Assembly: GCA_018267965.1 (NCBI GenBank)
Contig: JAFDXK010000001.1
Location: forward strand, 1,195,520 to 1,259,519
Reading direction: 5' to 3'
Source: Bacteroidota bacterium
GTDB lineage: Bacteria > Bacteroidota > Bacteroidia > Chitinophagales > Chitinophagaceae
Length of the DNA stretch: 64,000 nucleotides
Below, in pieces: positions 20,609 to 28,835 of the stretch (position 1 is the stretch's first letter; every line of letters starts with the position of its first letter). Made by a program: the position numbers and the translations under genes. The notes below the pieces were generated by a model. The model had not been told where the DNA came from and did not search any database. It saw nothing but the letters and a program-made list of their open reading frames with translations.

Positions 20609-20772
20609 AAATGAAAAGTACAGGTGTTCAACATTGAACACTTGAACAGTTAAACACCATCACTAACAAATAAAGAAAAGCAAAAATTAGCACAACTTAT
20701 TGAATATTAGCGCATTGTATCGAAATGCAAAATGCAGGTGTTCACGGTGTTCACTAGTGAACAGTGAACACT
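20609..20772. repeat. Right-flank cluster of TGTTCA/TGAACA palindromic repeats, inverted relative to the left flank
   Basis: 20745..20769 gtgttcactagtgaacagtgaacac is the exact reverse complement of 18771..18795. 20625..20660 gtgttcaacattgaacacttgaacagttaaacac is a B-like unit. Each is preceded by aaaatg(c)aaaatg, the reverse complement of the left-flank 17-mer. Confidence 0.7.
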
Positions 20773-21180
20773 TTACAATCCTCCCATCTTCATTATCTTT
20801 TTGTACTCGGCTGGTTTTACAGTGCCTACGCTCAAACGCCCGAGGCGTACCAAGTCCATATCTTTAAAAGCAGGGTCTGCTTTCAATGCTTCGAGTGTTA
20901 CGGGCTTAGGCATGGCTTGTACAGGTTTTAAATCTACCACTACCCAGTTCGGGTCATCCGTCGTAGGGTCCTGGTATGCTGTTTTTACGACTTCAGCTAT
21001 ACCTACTATTGCAAGCCCTTCATTACTATGATAAAAGAATACATGGTCGCCTTTGGACATTGCACGCAGGTTGTTGCGAGCAGCATAATTACGCACACCA
21101 TCCCAAACAGCTTTCTTGTCTTTTACCAACTGTTCCCAACTATATTTAAACGGTTCTGATTTTACGAGCCAGTAATTCAT
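20773..21180 (-). CDS. EVE domain (PUA-like) protein
   Basis: 135 aa. MNYWLVKSEPFKYSWEQL...GDHVFFYHS is the characteristic EVE/ASCH-like PUA fold N-terminus. Confidence 0.8.
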   Translation of the reverse strand: MNYWLVKSEPFKYSWEQLVKDKKAVWDGVRNYAARNNLRAMSKGDHVFFYHSNEGLAIVGIAEVVKTAYQDPTTDDPNWVVVDLKPVQAMPKPVTLEALKADPAFKDMDLVRLGRLSVGTVKPAEYKKIMKMGGL

Positions 21181-21187
21181 GTTTTAT

Positions 21188-21379
21188 TTATGATTTATGT
21201 TTACTAAGTAAATAAACTTTACGCCAAAGCAATATAGTTATTATTAAAAAAGCAGCAGTCATAATCACAAACCCATAGAATAGCTGTTTATATTCGTACA
21301 CATCGTAGCAATTAGGTATGGCTAATAAAGACACTAATGTCATTACGATAGCAGCAATAATAAAAATCACTTTTTTCAT
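21188..21379 (-). CDS. Small hypothetical membrane protein (about 64 aa, two TM helices)
   Basis: The ATG at 21379 (MKKVIFIIAAIV...) gives two hydrophobic helices. The six-frame track extends it to a TTG at 21403. It lies inside a duplicated copy of the EVE gene 5' end. Confidence 0.4.
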   Translation of the reverse strand: MKKVIFIIAAIVMTLVSLLAIPNCYDVYEYKQLFYGFVIMTAAFLIITILLWRKVYLLSKHKS

Positions 21380-21462
21380 GGTTCTGATTTTACGAGCCGG
21401 CAATTCATGAGTATCGAATATTAATACGCCAATTTACGATAAAGAACTTATTTTTAAAGACA

Positions 21463-21780
21463 ATGACAGATACAGATAATAGCAACGAAGCACGAACAGC
21501 AATTGTAGGCTATATCGTTTTATTGCTACTTGTAAATATTGCCGGCTGTGCTAAAATATACAGTGCAGGCGGATGGGCTCAATTAGGCATGCTTGTGTTT
21601 GTTGCCCCCATATACGAGGGATTATTTTTATTGTTTGGCTGCATTATGGTATGGCGATTGGACAAAAAGTATCCTCAAAAAGATTTTGGATTGTACTGGT
21701 TTACAGTCATTGCCCTACCCATCTTGCTTTATGCAGTAACTGCCATGTTTACGTTTGCCTATTCCAAAGGAGGCTGTTAG
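21463..21780 (+). CDS. Hypothetical membrane protein
   Basis: 105 aa with three predicted TM helices and no recognisable family. Confidence 0.4.
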   Translation: MTDTDNSNEARTAIVGYIVLLLLVNIAGCAKIYSAGGWAQLGMLVFVAPIYEGLFLLFGCIMVWRLDKKYPQKDFGLYWFTVIALPILLYAVTAMFTFAYSKGGC

Positions 21781-21803
21781 TATAACTTGTATATCTTTAA
21801 ACA

Positions 21804-22343
21804 ATGATGAAGAGATTATTCACTGCACTGTTAGTAAGTATATCTGTTGTAACGTTTGCACAAAAAGTACCAGATTGCAACCAGGCGCGTTTTGAAGATG
21901 CACTGCTTGATAAAATGCAAGGCGAATGGGTGATGACCGGTAAACTGGGAGAAAAAGATGTGGTGTATAATGTTAGTTGCAAATGGGTATTGAACCACCA
22001 GTTTTTAGAATGGGACTTCGTAAATGCCACCAATGCCATTCAATACGAGGCAAAAGTATTCATTGGCTATAACTGTACCGACAAACGCTATGTAATGCAC
22101 TGGATGGATATGATGGGTGGCAAGTTTTCGGAAGCACTAGGCTATGGAATAAAAGTGAGTGGCAAAGAAATAGATTTTAAATTCAAACGCCCAACTGACA
22201 TCGACCCTAACAAATACATTAATCAAAACAATAAAATCTCCTACAACCCCGATAACGATATGTGGCAGTTTCATGTAGTGATGCTGAACGACAAGAAACA
22301 ATGGGTTACCTGGTCGATGAATACGATGGCACGGAAGAGGTAG
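21804..22343 (+). CDS. Hypothetical secreted protein
   Basis: 179 aa with a signal peptide (TFAQ) and a Trp-rich beta-type composition. No recognisable family. Confidence 0.45.
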   Translation: MMKRLFTALLVSISVVTFAQKVPDCNQARFEDALLDKMQGEWVMTGKLGEKDVVYNVSCKWVLNHQFLEWDFVNATNAIQYEAKVFIGYNCTDKRYVMHWMDMMGGKFSEALGYGIKVSGKEIDFKFKRPTDIDPNKYINQNNKISYNPDNDMWQFHVVMLNDKKQWVTWSMNTMARKR

Positions 22344-22403
22344 CAGCTGATTATGCAATATTTCGAATAATGGCTCCGTTGTATATAAAACATTATTTAC
22401 GCC

Positions 22404-22841
22404 ATGAGAACCTATGTTATATTCGCCGTTGTTTTGTTATATTGTACTGCATGTCACAAAAAGGGTACAAGCATTCAATACAGTTCGGATATCACTACAA
22501 AGGATATATATCTTTCTACAATTAAGCATGTAAAGATTGTGAATATCAACAAGAAAAATGTATTAGATACTACCTTAATTGGGAGCACAAGTTTTCAACT
22601 TATAAAAGATACAGCTGCAAAGAAAGTATACGTTGTAGGGTTAAACAGCAGGATAGATACGTTTCCTGCTGCATTGGAATACTATAACCAATATTACGGA
22701 TATAGTATCGGAGATACAGATATTATATTGGATGTTACCATTTATCATCCTGATACAGTAAGCGTTTGGATTGGATATTACAATGATACCACCAAACAAT
22801 TTATTAATGGCTACATCTATGATGGTCATAAACAGAAATGA
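22404..22841 (+). CDS. Hypothetical lipoprotein
   Basis: 145 aa with a signal peptide and a lipobox-like LLYCTAC motif. Confidence 0.4.
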   Translation: MRTYVIFAVVLLYCTACHKKGTSIQYSSDITTKDIYLSTIKHVKIVNINKKNVLDTTLIGSTSFQLIKDTAAKKVYVVGLNSRIDTFPAALEYYNQYYGYSIGDTDIILDVTIYHPDTVSVWIGYYNDTTKQFINGYIYDGHKQK

Positions 22842-22854
22842 CGGAAAAGCATCT

Positions 22855-23814
22855 TTATGCCTCCCTCGTCAGCAGATAACTGGCTAAATCGTGCAGGTGT
22901 TTTTTACGTACACTTTGTACGGCAGCATCTTCAAGGCATTCAAACGCCAGTTGCGAATAATGCGCTATAGCTTCTTTACAGGCTTCATCAGCTCCCGTAT
23001 TATTAAAGAGCGATAACATAGCAGGCACCTTGCTTTCATCATCACGTTGCAGCAATGCGTTGATAGCCTGGTACTGCAACTCGTTAGCATTCTCCTGTGC
23101 CTTCAGCAAGAGGTAGGTCTTCTTGTTCGATTTGATATCACCACCCTGCTGCTTGCCCGTAATGGTACTGAAAGCATCTAAATAATCATCCCTCAACTGA
23201 AAAGCTATACCCAGATTCTTACCAAACTCATACAGCTTATTGGCATTGCCATCAGTGGCTCCACCCAGCAATGCACCCATCTTGAGGCTGCATGCTAATA
23301 ACACCGATGTTTTAAGCGTTATCATTTCGATATACTCTTCGATACTTACATCATTGCGGGTTTCAAAATCCATATCCAGTTGCTGGCCTTCGCACACTTC
23401 AATAGATGTTTTGTTGAACAGATGCAGCACCTGCGGCAGGCTGGTTTTGATATGTGCCAGCTGGTCGTAGGCATAGATAGCCATCACGTCGCCACAAAGT
23501 ATACCCGCAGTCAGCCCGTTACGCTCGTGCACAGTGGTCTTGCCTCTGCGCAACGGCGCTTTATCCATGATGTCATCATGTATCAGCGTGAAGTTGTGAA
23601 ACAGCTCTACACCCATAGCAGCACGCCAGGCATCTTCGGTAAGCTCACCAAACAATTCATTAGCCATCAGCGCCAATACGGGGCGTACACGCTTGCCTCC
23701 TATGGTCATGAAATAGCGGCAGGGCTCATATAATGTATTCGGCCTTTCGGGAAAAGGCATGATATTATTTAACTTATCTTCAAAAAGTGTAACCAGTTCG
23801 TTGAAGCTATGCAT
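22855..23814 (-). CDS. Polyprenyl diphosphate synthase (trans-isoprenyl diphosphate synthase family)
   Basis: 319 aa with a first Asp-rich motif (LIHDDIMD) and a second (LRDDYLD). Confidence 0.85.
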   Translation of the reverse strand: MHSFNELVTLFEDKLNNIMPFPERPNTLYEPCRYFMTIGGKRVRPVLALMANELFGELTEDAWRAAMGVELFHNFTLIHDDIMDKAPLRRGKTTVHERNGLTAGILCGDVMAIYAYDQLAHIKTSLPQVLHLFNKTSIEVCEGQQLDMDFETRNDVSIEEYIEMITLKTSVLLACSLKMGALLGGATDGNANKLYEFGKNLGIAFQLRDDYLDAFSTITGKQQGGDIKSNKKTYLLLKAQENANELQYQAINALLQRDDESKVPAMLSLFNNTGADEACKEAIAHYSQLAFECLEDAAVQSVRKKHLHDLASYLLTREA

Positions 23815-23819
23815 CTGTC

Positions 23820-25868
23820 TTAAAATCGTTTGTTTTTTGATTTCGATTTCGGCTTACCACCTCCCTGTTTGGGTTTGTTGCCTTTATCTTTTTTATACTT
23901 CGGTGCACCGTCGCTATGGCTTTGCTGCGGTACCTCGGCAAGACTGTAATCTATTTGTCGTTTCTCAAGGTTGGCACTCACTACACGCACCTTCACTTTA
24001 TCGCCCATAGCAAAGCGCAGCCCTGTATGATAACCTACCAGTGCATACTCACCTTCCTGCCATTCAAAATCATCAATATCGCGCAGGTCGTGCAGGGCTA
24101 CCATGCCTTCGCATTTATGTGCTACGGTCTCTGCCCAGAAACCAAAAGCAGCCACACCACTTATCACGGCATCAAACTCCTCGCCAACATAGTCGGCCAT
24201 ATACTCTACCTGCTTGTATTTATTAGCCGTGCGCTCAGCTTCCATAGCACGTCGCTCCTGGTCGCTGCAATGGCGGCATTGCGCCTCCATGTGTTTTACA
24301 GGCTTTATCTTTTCGTCAAGACATTCCTGCAATACACGATGCACCATCACATCGGGGTAACGGCGTATGGGTGATGTAAAGTGACAGTAATCTTTAAAGC
24401 CCAAACCATAGTGCCCTATATTATCGGTAGTATATACCGCCTTCGACATGGTGCGAATACCCAGGCTTTCCAGCACATGCTGTTCGGGCTTGCCCTGTAC
24501 CTTGCGCAGCATTTCGTTGAACGACTGTGCAATGCCCTCCGGTGTTTCCATATCAAACTTGTACCCGAACCTTGCCGCGAATGCCATGAACAATCCCAGC
24601 TTGCTTTCATCGGGTACATCGTGCACACGGTACGGGAATGGTACCGGCTTATCTTTTACCGTGATACCCGAAACATATTCGGCCACCGTACGGTTTGCCA
24701 GCAGCATACACTCCTCTACCAGCTGATGGGCTTCTTTACTTTCTTTTATTACTATACCTATGGGTTTGCCGTTTTCATCCAGCTTGAAACGCACCTCCTG
24801 CGACGAGAAATTGATAGCTCCTTTTTTGAAGCGGGCCTTGCGCAGGTTTTGTGCCATCTCATTTACCAGCATCAGTACCTCTTTGTGTGTATCATCGGCA
24901 CCTTCTATCACTTCCTGCACTTCTTCGTAGGTATAGCGGCGTTGCGAGCGTATCACCGTTCTGCCCAGCCAGTAGTCTTTTATCTTGCCCTGCTTGTTGA
25001 TCTCGAATATTGCCGAGAAGGTATATTTATCTTCATTAGGTCTTAACGAACACAATTCGTTCGACAGCCTTTCGGGCAACATGGGCAATACCCTGTCGGG
25101 CAGGTACACACTGGTAGCACGCAGGTACGCTTCTTTATCCAGCGCACTATCGGGTTCTATATAAAAGCTTACATCGGCTATATGAACACCCAGTTCAAAG
25201 TTGCCGTTCTTGAGTGGCTTGTATGATATGGCATCGTCAAAATCGCGTGCATCTACAGGGTCTATGGTAAAGGTGAGCGTACCACGCATATCTCTGCGCT
25301 TCTTGGCTTCTTTATTGTCAACCCCTTCGGGATAACGAGCCGCCTCTTCCATCACATCATCGGGAAAATGCAGCGGGAAACCATTCTCTGCCAGTATGCT
25401 CTTCATGGCCACATCGCTTGCGGCTTCGTGTGTCATCACACTTATCACTTCGCCTACAGGGTTTTTATTACCCGTCCACTCTACAATGCGTGCCATCACA
25501 TGGTCGCCGTTCTTAGCACCGTTCAGCAGGTCCAGCGGAATGTAAATATCTACGGGCATCTTATCGCTGTCCGTTACCACAAAAGCAAAATGCGGTTTCA
25601 CTTCCAGCACACCACTGAATTCGTTTTGCTTACGGCGCAGCACCTCTACTATCTTGCCTTCGGGGCGACTGCCAAACTTCCTGCCGTGTTCGGGTATCTC
25701 TACACGCACCTCATCGCCATTGAGTGCATTGCCTACGTTCTCGCGTTTGATGAGTATGTCTTTCTCCATACCCTCTACCACCACATAGCCCAAACCACTG
25801 CGGGTAATCTCGAGCCTGCCTTTATAGCTAAGCCTGCCCTTGCCGTCTTTCTTCTTCTTTTTACTCAT
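23820..25868 (-). CDS. rnr: Ribonuclease R
   Basis: 682 aa with N-terminal cold-shock-like domains, a central RNB catalytic domain, an S1 domain and a Lys-rich basic C-terminal tail. Confidence 0.85.
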   Translation of the reverse strand: MSKKKKKDGKGRLSYKGRLEITRSGLGYVVVEGMEKDILIKRENVGNALNGDEVRVEIPEHGRKFGSRPEGKIVEVLRRKQNEFSGVLEVKPHFAFVVTDSDKMPVDIYIPLDLLNGAKNGDHVMARIVEWTGNKNPVGEVISVMTHEAASDVAMKSILAENGFPLHFPDDVMEEAARYPEGVDNKEAKKRRDMRGTLTFTIDPVDARDFDDAISYKPLKNGNFELGVHIADVSFYIEPDSALDKEAYLRATSVYLPDRVLPMLPERLSNELCSLRPNEDKYTFSAIFEINKQGKIKDYWLGRTVIRSQRRYTYEEVQEVIEGADDTHKEVLMLVNEMAQNLRKARFKKGAINFSSQEVRFKLDENGKPIGIVIKESKEAHQLVEECMLLANRTVAEYVSGITVKDKPVPFPYRVHDVPDESKLGLFMAFAARFGYKFDMETPEGIAQSFNEMLRKVQGKPEQHVLESLGIRTMSKAVYTTDNIGHYGLGFKDYCHFTSPIRRYPDVMVHRVLQECLDEKIKPVKHMEAQCRHCSDQERRAMEAERTANKYKQVEYMADYVGEEFDAVISGVAAFGFWAETVAHKCEGMVALHDLRDIDDFEWQEGEYALVGYHTGLRFAMGDKVKVRVVSANLEKRQIDYSLAEVPQQSHSDGAPKYKKDKGNKPKQGGGKPKSKSKNKRF

Positions 25869-25920
25869 GGGTATAAAGATACAAGCTGATAATTAAAGAG
25901 TTGATTATATTTATATACTA

Positions 25921-26949
25921 ATGAATATGTATAAATATCTTGCCATACTGCTATCATTGACATCAGTGCTTTCTTATGGGCAGAAGAAGTACACTGTTCG
26001 CAATACTTACCAATACGAAGGAGATGACAGCACAAATGCAAAATTGGTACTGACTGAAAAATATAACGCCAATGGTAAAATTATACACGCGAAATATGAC
26101 TACTATACGAATACATTTGAAGAAAATAACAATTATTATGACGTAGGAGAAAACTATTACTATTACAGGGACACCTTTCTCATAAAACAACTTGAAGTTC
26201 ACAAGGCTGTTAGATGGGACCTTACTGGTAGAAAAAGATTGAATTCATATATAAATGGCGATAGCTCATTATTTTACTATGACTATGATATTGATAAACT
26301 GGGAAGAATAAAATCTATAAAAATCACATCGTCCGAAAAAGTATCATACAATATGATGTGCGGCAATGAAGCAGAATTGTTTGATGACACATTAAGCCTG
26401 CGAGATACCCTTTTAAGAAGTATGAAACAGCAATTAGTAGATATGCATAATAAAATGGAAGACTCAAAACAATGGAGTATACCCACTGTTCAGTCTACAT
26501 CGTACGAATATGATGAACACGGTTTAGCTACAGAAACTACTAACCAGGGAGTAGCTCTAGGCCAAAAATATATATACGACTATGAGTATAATACCAACAA
26601 ATTGATTTCAAAAACTGCATACATAAAATCTGAAAAAAATAATGAGTTTATATACGCTGCAACATACCTATATAAGTATTATCCAGACCACTCAACAGTT
26701 TACCGTATTGGCAACTGGATGCTTAAAAAAGCTGTACCAGATGATAAGGGAATATTGAGTGTACCATCTACTGTAAGAACCTCATATTATAATCTGAAGA
26801 AACTATTAACGCGTGTAATAATTGCAGACGGTTACGACAACAGCATACATACAATCTATTTCTATTACGATAAATACGATAGACTAACAAAAGACGTTAC
26901 GCAGTATTTCGAGCACTCAAAAATTACACACCGCTACACCTACGAATAA
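25921..26949 (+). CDS. Secreted YD/RHS-repeat-containing protein (small)
   Basis: 342 aa with a signal peptide. It carries repeated YxYDxxG(R/K)(L/I) motifs (YDYDIDKLGRIKSI, YEYDEHGLATETT, YDYEYNTNKLISKT, YYDKYDRLTKDVT). Confidence 0.55.
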   Translation: MNMYKYLAILLSLTSVLSYGQKKYTVRNTYQYEGDDSTNAKLVLTEKYNANGKIIHAKYDYYTNTFEENNNYYDVGENYYYYRDTFLIKQLEVHKAVRWDLTGRKRLNSYINGDSSLFYYDYDIDKLGRIKSIKITSSEKVSYNMMCGNEAELFDDTLSLRDTLLRSMKQQLVDMHNKMEDSKQWSIPTVQSTSYEYDEHGLATETTNQGVALGQKYIYDYEYNTNKLISKTAYIKSEKNNEFIYAATYLYKYYPDHSTVYRIGNWMLKKAVPDDKGILSVPSTVRTSYYNLKKLLTRVIIADGYDNSIHTIYFYYDKYDRLTKDVTQYFEHSKITHRYTYE

Positions 26950-28043
26950 CTTTCCCCTCCACCATACATCGCATTATTCTCAGCCACTTCGCGTTCTACA
27001 TACTCCGAAACAAATGCATCAAACTGTGCCCCTTCGTTAAAAAGAAATGCAACACTGATGGGTAGCACAGCTATCTGGGCACCCCATTCTTTAAGGGCGT
27101 CTGTATGTAAATGTAATCGTGCCGCATCTTTTTCTGTGGTGAGGATAATTTTTTGTTCTGTTTTCCAATTGTTGTAGGCTTCTTTCATTTCCTCAATATC
27201 CCTGCTCAGAAAATAATGATGATCGGCATAAGAAAGCACATGGCTGTCCTTTACGATAGTATTTACATAATTCACCAGCGGCTCCGGCTTGGCAATGCAA
27301 CATACCAGTAATGCATTTTTATCTTTTAACTGTATAGGCTCAAGCGTAAACATATCGTATGCCTGCTCATACTGTATAGTGGTAAAAAACACACGTTGAT
27401 GTTCTAATGGCTTTATTTGCTGTACAATACCATCAGCCTGTTGCCTACTTAAATTCAATGGACATTTAGAAACGATGATAATATCTGCACGCTTGTATGC
27501 ATCCCGTTTTTCACGTAGTGTGCCTGCCGGCAAAATATAATCTGTATAAAACGGATTTGAATAGTCTGTTATTAATATGGTTTTACCAGCTTTTACACTG
27601 CGATGCTGGTAAGCATCATCCAACAAGACTACTTCCACCTGAGGACGGGTTTGTAACAAACGTGGAATGCCAGTAATGCGCTCTTCTGCAACACTCACTA
27701 CCAACCCCGGGAATTTCATGTGGTACTGCATAGGTTCATCGCCTATTTTCAGTGCATTGGTATTTTCATCAGCCAGCAGAAAACCCTGCGTGCGTCTTTT
27801 ATAACCACGGCTCATAGTAGCTACCTGGAACCTGTATTGCAATAACCTTATCAAATATTCTACATGGGGTGTTTTGCCTGTGCCGCCAACAGATAAATTT
27901 CCGACGGTAATAACAGGTACGCTAAATTCTACAGAAGAGAAAAAACCTGTATCATATAATCGGTTGCGCAGCCAAACCACTGCTCCATATATCAATGCAA
28001 AGGGATATAGAAATATCTTGACAAATGAGAAAAACTGCTTCAC
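26940..28043 (-). CDS. lpxK: Tetraacyldisaccharide 4'-kinase
   Basis: 367 aa with an N-terminal TM helix and the P-loop VGNLSVGGTGKTP characteristic of LpxK. Confidence 0.85.
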   Translation of the reverse strand: MKQFFSFVKIFLYPFALIYGAVVWLRNRLYDTGFFSSVEFSVPVITVGNLSVGGTGKTPHVEYLIRLLQYRFQVATMSRGYKRRTQGFLLADENTNALKIGDEPMQYHMKFPGLVVSVAEERITGIPRLLQTRPQVEVVLLDDAYQHRSVKAGKTILITDYSNPFYTDYILPAGTLREKRDAYKRADIIIVSKCPLNLSRQQADGIVQQIKPLEHQRVFFTTIQYEQAYDMFTLEPIQLKDKNALLVCCIAKPEPLVNYVNTIVKDSHVLSYADHHYFLSRDIEEMKEAYNNWKTEQKIILTTEKDAARLHLHTDALKEWGAQIAVLPISVAFLFNEGAQFDAFVSEYVEREVAENNAMYGGGESYS

Positions 28044-28113
28044 AGTGGTAAATGTACCAAAACAATAAGACTTGTTAAATGATACTCATTTATAAGCGTA
28101 TAATAAAAAGCCT

Positions 28114-28720
28114 TTGGATATTTACTTAATGAACCGGATACAACACCCATTGACATTAGAAGGTGAACGTGTAAAACTGGTACCGCTTGAAGAAAAGTAT
28201 TTTGATGAACTATATAATATAGGGCTTGATACACGCATCTGGGATTTTCTGCCTGTAGACGGGACAATCAAATCGGAATTGGTTACCGCATTAAACAGCG
28301 CTATGCTTCAGCGGCTGAATGGCGAAACTTACCCTTTTGTTGTAATTGACAAAATACACAACCGCGTTATCGGTAATACCAGTTACTTACACATCACACC
28401 TGAACATAAAAAAACTGGAGATCGGCTGGACATGGTATACACCATCATACTGGGGAACGGGCTATAACACTGAATGTAAGTACCTTCTATTGCAATATGC
28501 TTTTGAAATCATACATTGTGTACGCGTAGAAATCCGTACCCGTGATGTCAACTTTCGCAGCAGGGCGGCTATCGAGAAAATAGGTGGTGTGTTGGAAGGC
28601 ATCCACCGCAAGTTTGTTATACGACGCGGAGAAGCACGAAATATTGCCCACTATAGCATTATAGATACAGAATGGCCCGAAGTAAAAAGTATGCTGAAGC
28701 AAAAACTAACCGATAGTTAA
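28114..28720 (+). pseudogene. GNAT family N-acetyltransferase (RimJ/RimL-like) interrupted by a frameshift in an A7 homopolymer
   Basis: Two overlapping ORFs (28114..28467 in frame 1, 28346..28720 in frame 2) together make one about 200-aa GNAT protein (N-terminal region, then WGTGY...AFE...IGG acetyl-CoA binding). The frames switch at the aaaaaaa run at about 28414..28420. Confidence 0.6.
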
Positions 28721-28835
28721 TATCATCATTATTATGGCATCATTAAAATATGATGTTTTTTTTGGGATATAGGCATAATGATTTAACTTAACATATCTTT
28801 TAGATTTTAAGTTTTAAAAGCCATACACCCTTTTA

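Noticed and set aside
18768-20772. Possibility that the GTTCAC-type repeats form a CRISPR array
   Set aside because: The repeats are palindromic and short (16-33 bp), irregularly spaced, occur in only 4 units, and are split on both sides of a 1.5-kb protein-coding gene. There are no uniform spacers and no cas genes.
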